Assembly (NCBI GenBank): GCA_040081625.1
Contig: JBEBGD010000050.1
Coordinates: 1 to 37,353, forward strand
Length of the DNA stretch: 37,353 bases
Source: Chthoniobacteraceae bacterium
GTDB lineage: Bacteria > Verrucomicrobiota > Verrucomicrobiia > Chthoniobacterales > Chthoniobacteraceae
Direction: 5' to 3'
Below the pieces are notes generated by a model that saw only the letters and a program-made list of their open reading frames with translations, ran no database searches and had not been told where the DNA came from. This document shows, one piece after another, positions 15,153-24,289 of this stretch (positions within the stretch are counted from its first letter, which is position 1; each line of letters begins with the position of its first letter). The position numbers and the translations under genes were made by a program.

Positions 15153-16736
15153 CTACGTCGCGGAGACGCCGCCAGCCGCGAGGGTCACGGGGCCGGGCTT
15201 CGTGAGCTTGAGCGAGACGAGCTTGCCATCCGCATCGCGCACCGGCGTGCCGACGACCCAGCCGCCGGCGATGAGGCTGTCAACGAGCGCGCGGTTTTGC
15301 ACGATCGCGACATCGTTGCCGCCGACTTCGACTTCAAACTTCGTGGCACCGACAGGCGCGGCGGCGGGATCGAGGTTGGCGATGTCGATGGTGACGACAG
15401 GCGCGCCGCCCGCAGTGCTGCCCGGGGTGAGCGAGATGATCGCGCCGGCGATGGTGGCTTGCGCGCCGCCGGTCGTCGTCGTGAAGATGTTGATGGCGTT
15501 GCTACCGCCGAGGGTGAGCGTGCCGGCGCCGGTTTTCACGAGCGTGCCCGAGGCGAGCGAGATCTGGCCGGTGCCGGTGAGGACGACATTTCCCGTCGAT
15601 CCGCCGAGCGTGAGCGTGCCGCCGGTGAGTAACGTGCCGCCGTTGACGACGATATTGCCGACGTAAGTATTCGTCCCGACGAGAGTCAGCGTGCCGGTGC
15701 CGGTTTTCACAAGCGTGCCCGAGGCGAGCGAGATCTGGCCGTTGCCGGCGAGGACGCCATTTCCCGTCGATCCGCCGAGAGTCAGCGTGCCGCCGCTCGT
15801 CGTGATCACTCCGCCGGTGACGCTCAAAACATTCGTTCCGTCGATGGTGAGCGTGCCGCTCGTGCCGACGGTGAGGACGCTCGTGCCGCCGGTGAGGACG
15901 CTCGTGCCGCTGGTGAGGACGCCCGTGCCGCTGGTGAGGACGCCCGTGCCGCCGGTGAGCGTGCCGGTTCCCGTGAGGATCGCGCCGACGCCGTTCTGCC
16001 CGCCGTTGAGCGTCAGCGTGCCGCCGGAGACGGTCGTCGCACCGGTGAAAGTATAGGCGTTTGCGAGATCGAGGATACCGGTGCCGATCGTTCCGAGACC
16101 GGAACCTGCCCCGTCGAGGGTGAGCGTCCCGCCGGAAAGAATCGAGCGTCCCGAACTCAACGTCACCGAACTCGCGCTTGCGCCGCTCGATGTGAAAGTG
16201 AAGCCGCCCACGGAGTGGATGCTGCCACCGGTGAGGTCCGCCGCGACGCGCAGCTTCGCGATGCCGCCGATGACGTCGCTCGTGCCATCGCCGCCGAACT
16301 GCTGCGCGACGAGTGTCTTCACCCCGGGCGAGCGCAAGCTGGTATTGAAGTCACCCGCCACGATCCGCCCGAGATCGCCATCGATCGCCACGCGACCGAA
16401 GTCGGTGCGTCCGTCGCCGGCATCGATGAAGCCGACTTTCGCAAAACCATCGCCGCCGAGCCGCCCGGCCTTCGCGACGATCGTGAGGTTCGCGCGGTGG
16501 AACTCGCCGCCGTCATCCGAGAAGTCGATCAGCACGAGTTGCTCGCCGCCTGGCACGAGCGCGCCTTCGCTGCTCGTCACGAAGTCCGCCGCGGAGAGTC
16601 GGCCCTTGCTGACGGTGATCGTGACGCGATCGCCATCGAGGTCGGTGTAATGCGCGACGCGTCCGCCGGTGCCGATGATGACGGAGGGAGCGATGCGGCT
16701 TTCGAGGACTTCGATGGAGGATGAGACGAGGGCCAT
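15153..16736 (-). CDS. Extracellular Gly/Thr-rich protein with autotransporter-associated beta-strand repeats
   Basis: N-terminal IEVLESRIAP motif; repeats LVKTGTGTLTLVGTNTYVGNIVVNGGTL and NAYTFTGATTVSGGTLTL; internal duplication with a 171-bp offset (15541 vs 15712). Confidence 0.8.
   Translation of the reverse strand: MALVSSSIEVLESRIAPSVIIGTGGRVAHYTDLDGDRVTITVSKGRLSAADFVTSSEGALVPGGEQLVLIDFSDDGGEFHRANLTIVAKAGRLGGDGFAKVGFIDAGDGRTDFGRVAIDGDLGRIVAGDFNTSLRSPGVKTLVAQQFGGDGTSDVIGGIAKLRVAADLTGGSIHSVGGFTFTSSGASASSVTLSSGRSILSGGTLTLDGAGSGLGTIGTGILDLANAYTFTGATTVSGGTLTLNGGQNGVGAILTGTGTLTGGTGVLTSGTGVLTSGTSVLTGGTSVLTVGTSGTLTIDGTNVLSVTGGVITTSGGTLTLGGSTGNGVLAGNGQISLASGTLVKTGTGTLTLVGTNTYVGNIVVNGGTLLTGGTLTLGGSTGNVVLTGTGQISLASGTLVKTGAGTLTLGGSNAINIFTTTTGGAQATIAGAIISLTPGSTAGGAPVVTIDIANLDPAAAPVGATKFEVEVGGNDVAIVQNRALVDSLIAGGWVVGTPVRDADGKLVSLKLTKPGPVTLAAGGVSAT
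15871..15954. repeat. Coding tandem repeat, 4 x 21 bp
   Basis: GTGAGGACGCYCGTGCCGCYG x4, encoding (S/G)GT(S/G)VLT heptads on the minus strand. Confidence 0.85.
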
Positions 16737-16860
16737 TGCGGGAGAGGTTCGCTTTTGTGCCCGACTCCCTGGCACGTGTCAACTGACTCGTGACGCTTGA
16801 CTCGCCGCCCCCGCCCGGTGCAAATGCGCGGCTCTTAAAAAACAAAACCACACCCTCACC

Positions 16861-17715
16861 ATGCGCTTCGGACTTAATACCTTTCTCTACGCCAGCCCCT
16901 TCACCAACGAGAGCGTGAAGCTCTTCACCAAGCTCAAGGCCTGGGGCTTCGACACGGTCGAGATCCCGGTCGAGGCGCTCGAGCATGTGGACCCGGCGAA
17001 GCTCAAGGCCGCCGCGAAGAAGGCCGGCATCGCCATCGGCAGCCTCTGCGCGTGCATGGGGCCGGGGCGCGATTTCCGCGGCAGCGCGGCGGATCAAAAG
17101 ACGGCGGCGACTTACGTGAAGGGTCTCATCGACCAGGCCGCCGCGATGGGTTGCCCAAAGCTGATCGGGCCGATCTATTCGGTCGTCGGCCTCGCCGATG
17201 CGCACGACGACGCGGAGAAGAAGCAGCAGTTCGACCTCGTGGTGAAGAACCTCAAGCCGCTCGCCGCGTATGCGGAGAAGAAGGGCGTCACGCTTTGCAT
17301 CGAGCCGCTCAACCGCTTCGAGACCGACTTCCTCAACACGTGCGACCAGGGCCTCAAACTCGTGAAGGCGATCGGCAGCAAGGCGGTCAAGCTGCACCTC
17401 GATACCTTCCATATGAACATCGAGGAAAAGGACCAGGCCGAGGCGATCAAGAAAGCCGGGAAGCACCTCGCTCACTTCCACGCGTGCGGCAGCGATCGCG
17501 GCACGCCGGGCGGCGATCACATCGATTGGAAGCCGATCGTGAAGGCGCTCAAGAAGGTCAAATACAAGGGCGACGTGGTGATCGAGAGCTTCACGACCGA
17601 CGTAAAGGTGATCGCGCGCGCCGCGGCCATCTGGCGCAAGATCGAGCCCAAGCGCGACGACATCGCGGTCAAGGGCCTCGCGAACATGCGGAAGGTCTTC
17701 GGGAAAAAGAAATGA
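16861..17715 (+). CDS. Sugar phosphate isomerase/epimerase (D-psicose/D-tagatose 3-epimerase family)
   Basis: GFDTVEIP, IEPLNRFETDFLNT, LHLDTFHMNIEE, HFHACGSDRGTPG and VVIESF. Confidence 0.92.
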   Translation: MRFGLNTFLYASPFTNESVKLFTKLKAWGFDTVEIPVEALEHVDPAKLKAAAKKAGIAIGSLCACMGPGRDFRGSAADQKTAATYVKGLIDQAAAMGCPKLIGPIYSVVGLADAHDDAEKKQQFDLVVKNLKPLAAYAEKKGVTLCIEPLNRFETDFLNTCDQGLKLVKAIGSKAVKLHLDTFHMNIEEKDQAEAIKKAGKHLAHFHACGSDRGTPGGDHIDWKPIVKALKKVKYKGDVVIESFTTDVKVIARAAAIWRKIEPKRDDIAVKGLANMRKVFGKKK

Positions 17716-18206
17716 GCCGCGCCTTCCTCATCCTCCTCGCCGCGCTCGCGACCGCGACCGCGCAAGTGAGCGCCGTGCGCCTGCGCGTCGAACAGGTGAG
17801 CAAGAGCAACACGACTTCCTACAAGACCGTCCAGACGCGCAGCCTCACGATCCATCTCGCCAACTCGTCCACGCAACCCGCGGACGTGAAGGTGAAGTGG
17901 GCGGTGCTCGGGCGCGACATCAAGAGCAAGGACGTGGTGACCGTCGAGCAGGGCGAACTGGCCGCGGCACTGAAGCCGACCGGCACGGAGAAACTCCAGA
18001 CGCCCGCCGTCAGCGCCGCCGCGGAAGAAGCGCGCACCGGCTCCAAGGGCAAGTCGGACGACATCGGCACGCGCATCATCGGCCACGGCGTGCAGGTCTG
18101 GCAGGGCGAGAAGCTCGTCGCTGAATTCTACGAGCCGGCGAGTTTGAAGGAGTCCTTCGGCAAGGCGCCGGTCGCGCAGCCGCTCGACAAGCAGAAGAAA
18201 AAGTAG
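17712..18206 (+). CDS. Hypothetical exported protein
   Basis: ATGA overlap with the epimerase stop; signal peptide MSRAFLILLAALATATA. Confidence 0.7.
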   Translation: MSRAFLILLAALATATAQVSAVRLRVEQVSKSNTTSYKTVQTRSLTIHLANSSTQPADVKVKWAVLGRDIKSKDVVTVEQGELAAALKPTGTEKLQTPAVSAAAEEARTGSKGKSDDIGTRIIGHGVQVWQGEKLVAEFYEPASLKESFGKAPVAQPLDKQKKK

Positions 18207-18213
18207 CGCCCGC

Positions 18214-18744
18214 TCAGCCGCGCCGCGGCGGATGCTGCGGCACCTTCACGAACGCCTTCGGATCGTAGCCCTGCTGCTCGAGCCGGCGCAGGATTCCCCG
18301 ATACGTCGCCTCCGGCATCGTGCGCTGCCGCGCCATGATCCAGCCGTATCGGCGGCTCGGATGCCCGACGACGGCCCAGCGATAATTCGGATCGAGATCG
18401 ACGATGTAATACGCGGCGCTGATGAACGGCGCGAAGTGGATGCGCCACTCGGCATTGGTCTGTGGATTGGTCACGCGGCCGACGAAATCGAGCCGCTGCT
18501 GCGGAGCGTCGAAGTCCGGTTTGCGAAAGCGGAAGGTGTTCGCGATCCGGCCATCAGGCCGCAGCGCATAGGTCTCGAGCGAGTCCACGCAATCGCGCTC
18601 TGCGAAATACGGGATGTTCGCGATGACGCGCCAGTCGCCCATGTAACGCGGCAGATCGACATGCGCGACGGTGCGCAGCGGCGGCTTCGTGGCGCAGCCC
18701 GCGAGCGTCAGCGCCGCAAGCACGAGAAAGGTGAGTGATTTCAT
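18214..18744 (-). CDS. blc: Outer-membrane lipocalin lipoprotein (Blc family)
   Basis: Lipobox LTLAGC; VDLPRYMGDWRVIA (lipocalin GxW motif), YYIVDLDPNYRWAVVG and YGWIMAR. Confidence 0.9.
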   Translation of the reverse strand: MKSLTFLVLAALTLAGCATKPPLRTVAHVDLPRYMGDWRVIANIPYFAERDCVDSLETYALRPDGRIANTFRFRKPDFDAPQQRLDFVGRVTNPQTNAEWRIHFAPFISAAYYIVDLDPNYRWAVVGHPSRRYGWIMARQRTMPEATYRGILRRLEQQGYDPKAFVKVPQHPPRRG

Positions 18745-18828
18745 TGCGGGCGGAAGATGCGCGCGCGCCGCGCCGCTGGCGAGATTTCTATTCCCCTCCG
18801 CGCCAAACTCGTGATTTGCTGCGCGCCC

Positions 18829-19533
18829 ATGAAACTCCTTCCCGCACTCCTCCTCGTCGTCTCCGCCGCCGTCGCCGGCGAGATCAAACCTTTCAACGGC
18901 AAAGACCTCAACGGCTGGGAGGGCAACCCCGAGCTGTGGAGCGTGCAGGATGGCGCGATCACCGGCAAGACCGCCGCCGATCCCGCGAACCCCGCGAAGT
19001 CCACGCTCAAGCACAACACCTTCCTCGTCTGGCGCGCGGGCACCGTGAGCGACTTCGAGATGACCTTCAAATACCGCATCGTCGCCGGCAACAGCGGCGT
19101 GCAATACCGCTCGAAGGAACTCCCGAAAGGCGAGTTCGGCCCGGTCATCAGCGGCTACCAGGCGGACTTCGAGGCGGGCAAAACTTACAGCGGCATCCTC
19201 TACGAGGAGAAAGGCCGCGGCATCCTCGCCAAGCGCAGCGAGAAGACGACGATCAAGCCCGGCGAAGGCAAGAAGCCCGTGGTCGAAGTGACCGGCAGCA
19301 CCGGCAGCAGCGAGGAAATCCAGGCGGCGATCAAGGCCGAGGACTGGAACGAATACAAGATCGTCGCCAAGGGCAATCACCTGCAGCACTTCATCAACGG
19401 CAAGCAGAGCATCGACGTGAAGGATGAAGACTCCGCGAACGCCGCGAAGGATGGCCTGCTCGCGCTCCAGATCCATCAGGGCCCGCCGATGATCGTTCAG
19501 TTCAAGGACATCCTGATCAAGGAACTCAAGTAG
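18829..19533 (+). CDS. DUF1080 / 3-keto-disaccharide hydrolase family protein
   Basis: FNGKDLNGW, GNSGVQYRS, GYQADF, WNEYKI and GLLALQIH; signal peptide. Confidence 0.9.
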   Translation: MKLLPALLLVVSAAVAGEIKPFNGKDLNGWEGNPELWSVQDGAITGKTAADPANPAKSTLKHNTFLVWRAGTVSDFEMTFKYRIVAGNSGVQYRSKELPKGEFGPVISGYQADFEAGKTYSGILYEEKGRGILAKRSEKTTIKPGEGKKPVVEVTGSTGSSEEIQAAIKAEDWNEYKIVAKGNHLQHFINGKQSIDVKDEDSANAAKDGLLALQIHQGPPMIVQFKDILIKELK

Positions 19534-19551
19534 TCGCGCCGCACGCGACGG

Positions 19552-20460
19552 ATGTTTCGCCAGCTTCGCTCCCGCGCCGCGCGCCTTTGCTGGCGGGCAG
19601 CGGCGTGGCTCGACCCGAGCGGGCGCGGCGCTGCGCTGTATGCGCCTGGCGATTTCTATTCGCCGCTGCTCGACCTCGCCGCGCTCGAACGCGACCCCGA
19701 CGCATTTCTCGCCGGGGCAAAGCGCGGATGGGAATGCATCGACCTGCGGCCCGACGCGCAGCGCGAACTGCTCGCGAAATTCCTCACCCTCGAAAACCCG
19801 CTGCCACTCGCAGCCGAGCCTGCGCCACCGCGCCGTTACGGCTGGAACAATCCCTTCTTCCTTTTCACCGACGCGTGGGCGCTCGCGCGGCTGCTCGGCG
19901 TGGTGCGGCCGCGCCGCGTGATCGAAGTCGGTTCTGGTTGGTCTTCCGCGGTGATGCTCGACGCGCGCGATCATTTCGGCCTCGAGGACACGGAGTGGAC
20001 TTTCATCGAGCCGTATCCCGCGCGGCTCGAATCGCTGCTGCGCCCGGAGGATCGCCGCGCCGTGACGCTGCGCGCCGAGCCCGTGCAGCGCGTGCCGGAT
20101 GAAGTCTTCGCCGATCTCGCAGCGGGCGACGTGCTTTTCATCGACAGCTCGCACGTGGGGAAGGTCGGCAGCGATCTCGCCGATCTGCTCGTGCGCGTGC
20201 TCCCGCGCCTCGCGCCCGGCGTGTGGATTCATTTTCACGACGTCGCATATCCCGGCCCGTATCCGCCCGCGTGGCTTCGCGAAGGCCGCGCGTGGAATGA
20301 AGTGCTCTTCATCCAGACGCTGCTGCTCGGCGGCAGCCGCTTCCAAGTCGAGTGGTTCAACGCGCAGGCAGGCCGCCTCTTCCACGATCAACTCGCGCCG
20401 CTGCACCCCACGCGCGACCGCTGGGGCGGCGGGAGTCTGTGGCTGCGGACGTCGGGCTAG
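19552..20460 (+). CDS. Class I SAM-dependent methyltransferase (Methyltransf_24-like)
   Basis: PRRVIEVGSGWSS, IEPYP, DVLFIDSSHV, IHFHD and WNE. Confidence 0.88.
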   Translation: MFRQLRSRAARLCWRAAAWLDPSGRGAALYAPGDFYSPLLDLAALERDPDAFLAGAKRGWECIDLRPDAQRELLAKFLTLENPLPLAAEPAPPRRYGWNNPFFLFTDAWALARLLGVVRPRRVIEVGSGWSSAVMLDARDHFGLEDTEWTFIEPYPARLESLLRPEDRRAVTLRAEPVQRVPDEVFADLAAGDVLFIDSSHVGKVGSDLADLLVRVLPRLAPGVWIHFHDVAYPGPYPPAWLREGRAWNEVLFIQTLLLGGSRFQVEWFNAQAGRLFHDQLAPLHPTRDRWGGGSLWLRTSG

Positions 20461-21236
20461 CGCGGGTGGTCCATGGCCATTGGGCGTCCCGAACGAGACG
20501 TTGAAAATTGACCGGTCGCGACGCCACCGAATTTTATTCGAACCTGATTCCGCCCCAGGCGGGGCGGCGGAAATGCGTATTTCTAGCGGCCCACTGGCGC
20601 GCGCATCGATTTGAGGACGAGTCCCTGCGCCATCCTGAGCGGAAGCCTTAAGCTGAGCACTCCGAGCGGCGTGTCTTTCACGGTCACCATGATTAGCGGC
20701 TGATCGGCGACGACGAGTGGGCCGATGAATTCGATGCAGAACCTTGCGAGGAACCTCGGCCGTTACTCGAACTGGTGCGCCGCGGGCACCGCAGTGGTTT
20801 CGCCCGTCAGCGTGAACGCGAGCGCCTGTAGCAGCGCATCAGTTGGGAACGGCTCGACGGCGAAAGGAAAGGCGTCCGGATTGAGCGGTCGCGCGGGCAT
20901 CGCTGCCGCGCGGGTATCAAAGCCAGTTGCGCGATGCCGAACTTGTTGGAGAGTTCCGGGCGACGAAACCAACCACTGTAAAAATCGCAGTGCGCCTTAC
21001 CGCGGTTGCGCCCGTCGCAGCGGAATTCGAACACGGAAGAAAGGCCAAACACACCCACCTCGAGGGATTCGAAGGCAGACCGAACGAAGGCGTCTTGCGC
21101 ATCGCGGCGTCAACGTGGACGATCCAAGCGCCAACGGTGGTGACGCCCGCCGACCCACTGTCGCGGGTCTTCTATTGCACGTCCACGGAGCAGTAGCGCA
21201 GCGCGCTTCACCCAAGCGGCGTCCTGCCGCACGAGC

Positions 21237-21845
21237 CTACTCCGGTATCTGCGGCTTGTAGAACGGATGGTCCGGATCAAGACGGACGCCGTCCGGCCAC
21301 CGGTCCTGCTGGGTGGAGTTCGTGTTGATCGCCGTCGCGAACATATTCTTCGGGAAATAGATCAGCTTCTCGCGAATCTTATCGCTGCGGTTAAACTTGT
21401 CGTGATCACGGCACAACTGCCAAGCGAACTGGTCGCAGGCGTCCTCGACACTTTTCGTAAGTGGAATCACAGGCCAGTGGCAAAGCGGGTCGGTCTTGAG
21501 ATCCTCCCGGTATTGCTCCAGTTCGAGCAGCAAGTGATACATCTCGTGGGCGATGCATATCCGGGCAAGATCCTTGTTCGCGTGGCCGTGAATGTAGATA
21601 CGAGCCAGCACGCGGTCGTATTCGCCCGGTCGACTTTTCCGCAGAAGGCGGGAGTGCAACACGCTGGTGATGCCCTGCCGCGGATCCAGCAGGGGGATTC
21701 GACCCGCTTTGTCGGCGATCACCTTCACCTCAAGCTGGAGGCCGGCATGGTTGAAAAAGTAATTCTGCATCCCTCGAATCGTATGCGCCATAAGCGACTT
21801 CACGGATTCCTCGAACACAGCCTTCGCGGATTGAATGGGGTCCAT
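21237..21845 (-). CDS. ImmA/IrrE-like zinc metallopeptidase (HExxH)
   Basis: RICIAHEMYH (cf. RFTxAHExxH) followed by VEDACDQFA (cf. ExxAxxFA); codon usage is more AT-rich than the flanking genes. Confidence 0.7.
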   Translation of the reverse strand: MDPIQSAKAVFEESVKSLMAHTIRGMQNYFFNHAGLQLEVKVIADKAGRIPLLDPRQGITSVLHSRLLRKSRPGEYDRVLARIYIHGHANKDLARICIAHEMYHLLLELEQYREDLKTDPLCHWPVIPLTKSVEDACDQFAWQLCRDHDKFNRSDKIREKLIYFPKNMFATAINTNSTQQDRWPDGVRLDPDHPFYKPQIPE

Positions 21846-21860
21846 CGATTGAGTATATTG

Positions 21861-21901
21861 AAAAAAAGAAAGAGGGACATTCTCGACGAATGTCCCTCTT
21901 T
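21861..21901 (-). terminator. Intrinsic terminator (minus strand)
   Basis: 14-bp stem AAAGAGGGACATTC/GAATGTCCCTCTTT with a 5-nt loop, followed on the minus strand by CTTTTTTT. Confidence 0.75.
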
Positions 21902-21925
21902 GAGACAAGCTTGAAGTTTCGGAAC

Positions 21926-22192
21926 TTACGCCAACGTGAGTTTGATCAGCCCTTCGCTGCTCAGCCACTCGTATTCAAGGCAGGCGAGAATCATCGCCGG
22001 AGTAGGCTGACCGGGATCAGGGCAGCCGCCAAACGCGGAGAAGTTTCCGATCGTTGCCTTGCCACCGAGTTTCTCGGTCAGCACGGTGATCTTCCGCTCG
22101 GTCGTATCAGCACCGAACGAAGTGTAGAGCTTTTGCAGCTCGAGTTCGGCCTCAGGACCGAACCCATCTTCATTTTCTGGCAAATGCATCAT
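21926..22192 (-). CDS. Small hypothetical protein (88 aa)
   Basis: MMHLPENEDG...LIKLTLA has protein-like composition and ends just upstream of the terminator. Confidence 0.55.
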   Translation of the reverse strand: MMHLPENEDGFGPEAELELQKLYTSFGADTTERKITVLTEKLGGKATIGNFSAFGGCPDPGQPTPAMILACLEYEWLSSEGLIKLTLA

Positions 22193-22673
22193 GTGTTGTG
22201 ATTTTTTTGGGATGAGTTGGGGACGTTGCTGCTGTGCGACTGCTGCAGCTGACGTTTCATTCAACTGCGACCGCCGGGCGCGCAGAATGGGAAGCGCGCC
22301 AACAAGCGGCAAGAAATATTTTTGGCCCCCACTGGCGAGCGCTCGGCGGCACCGCTGAGCGGCGGCCGGCGAGGTTTGCGTCACCGGGGACGGTTGGCTG
22401 TCGAGCAGCCGCGATACCGTGCGATAAACATTTTGATTTCATAAGTCGGTTTACTCGTTTATATCAGCAATAAAACAAGGGATTTCGCGCGAGCGCACAC
22501 ACTATATTCTCGCATCCATGAGAGCCGGGATGACTGGTTTTGCAACTTCATCGCCGCGACTTTGCTCCACGATTCACGCCGTCTACGTTCTGATTGAGCT
22601 GAGCCGCTCGACGCCCGCCGCGGTTGGCGCGACCGGCTAATTTTCATGTTCCTCCGCGGACCAACGCAGCGAG

Positions 22674-23738
22674 CTATGGCACGATGCGCAGCACGCGATC
22701 GTTGTAGCTGTCGGTGATATAGAGCCGGTCGTCGGGGCCGATCGTCACACCGTGCGGACGGCGCAGCTCGCAAAGGAGAGGATCTCCGCCGACGCCCGCA
22801 GCGCCCGCTTTGCCCGTGCCGGCGACGCGCGTGATGAGACCGGTCTTCGGCGAGTAGCGGCGCACGACATGATTCTCCGCGTCGGCGATGAGCACGCTGC
22901 CGTCGCGGTCGAGGCAGATATGCTTCGGCCCGTTGAGCGTCGCCTGGAGCGCCGGCCCGGCATCGCCGCTCAGTCCCTTTTTACCGCTGCCGGCGACGGT
23001 TTTGATTTTTCCGCCGCCTTCGACGTAGAGCAGCGCGTTGCCGTTGCGATCGAGGATGTAGAAGCCGCCCGCGCGGTCCGGCACGACCGCGCGCGGATCG
23101 ACCAGTGGCTGCTCGAGCGCCGGCTGGCCATCGGTCGGCACGCCCTGCTTTCCACTGCCCGCGACGGTGTCGATGATCCCGGTCTTCATCGTCACGCGGC
23201 GGATTCGCCGGTTCGGCAGGTCGGCGATGTAGAGCAACTCGCTCTTCGCATCGAGCGCGACCTGCATCGGCGTGCCGATGGTCGCCTGAGCCGCGACGCC
23301 GCCATCGCCGGCAAAGCCTTTGCGCCCGTCGCCCGCGAACGTGTCGATCACGCTCCAGTTCGAGCTGATGCGGCGCACGCGCTGATTGAACGAGTCGGCG
23401 AGGAGGATGGTGCCGTCGGGCAGGATCGCGAGGTTGTGGATGCCGTTGAAGGTCGCCGTCTTCGGATCGGAGCCATCGCCGGTGAAACCCTTGCGCCCCG
23501 TGCCCGCGAGGTGATGCACGGTGCCGGCCTTGTCGAGTCGCAGCACGCGCTCGCCCTTGGTCATCTCGACGATGATCATCTCCCCCGCCGGCGTGAACTC
23601 GACGCCGAACGGCTCCTTCAGCTCGACCTCCGCCGCTGCGCAAGGCGGCACCTTGGTCCCGCCGCCTGCGACCAGTTCGATGGTGGCCGCGAACGACGGC
23701 GTGAGCGCGACGAGGAAAAGCAGGGGGATGAGTTTCAT
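22674..23738 (-). CDS. Exported NHL-repeat beta-propeller protein
   Basis: Signal peptide; repeated units such as AGTGRKGFTGDG..ATFNG, LYIADLPNRRIRRV and LYITDSYNDRV. Confidence 0.88.
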   Translation of the reverse strand: MKLIPLLFLVALTPSFAATIELVAGGGTKVPPCAAAEVELKEPFGVEFTPAGEMIIVEMTKGERVLRLDKAGTVHHLAGTGRKGFTGDGSDPKTATFNGIHNLAILPDGTILLADSFNQRVRRISSNWSVIDTFAGDGRKGFAGDGGVAAQATIGTPMQVALDAKSELLYIADLPNRRIRRVTMKTGIIDTVAGSGKQGVPTDGQPALEQPLVDPRAVVPDRAGGFYILDRNGNALLYVEGGGKIKTVAGSGKKGLSGDAGPALQATLNGPKHICLDRDGSVLIADAENHVVRRYSPKTGLITRVAGTGKAGAAGVGGDPLLCELRRPHGVTIGPDDRLYITDSYNDRVLRIVP

Positions 23739-23789
23739 GCGCCGACGCACTAGCCCACCCTCCCGACGATGGGAAGCCCGCAACGAGGA

Positions 23790-24281
23790 TTAGCCGAGCA
23801 GCTCCGCCACCTCGCCCTGCACCTGCTCGATCTCATCGAGCCGCAGCCCCGGGTCGGGGATGACGAAGATTTCGCCAGTCACCGCGCGCTCATAGATGCG
23901 CACGACCCGGCCATCCCCGCCGCGCTTGACCTCCACCTCCTTGAGCACGCGTTTGCGCTCGAGCATCACGGCCAGCAGGAAGCGCGCGGCCGCGTGCTGC
24001 GGCGATTCCTCGGCCATGTAGCTGCGCAGCAAATCCTCCGCGGTCTGCTTGCCGAGCGTTTCGGTCACGACCGGTGGCGGCGTATATTTCATGCGCCAGA
24101 AAGAGAACGGCTGCGGCGCATCCGGCGCGCGATTGTTGAACGCCTCCTCGCACAGATCCTCGCGGCGGTAACCGGTCTTCTCGTCATAGAGCAGGGTGAA
24201 AAAGAACTCGTCCTCGACGAACGGCCTGCCGGTGGCGGCGCACTGGTGTGTGCGCGATTGGATGGTCCAGTCTTGTAGCAT
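23790..24281 (-). CDS. Conserved-looking hypothetical protein
   Basis: MLQDWTIQSRTHQCAATGRPF...RREDLCEEAF...FLLAVMLERKRVLK; co-oriented directly after the LptF/G gene. Confidence 0.75.
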   Translation of the reverse strand: MLQDWTIQSRTHQCAATGRPFVEDEFFFTLLYDEKTGYRREDLCEEAFNNRAPDAPQPFSFWRMKYTPPPVVTETLGKQTAEDLLRSYMAEESPQHAAARFLLAVMLERKRVLKEVEVKRGGDGRVVRIYERAVTGEIFVIPDPGLRLDEIEQVQGEVAELLG

Positions 24282-24289
24282 GGGAGCGG

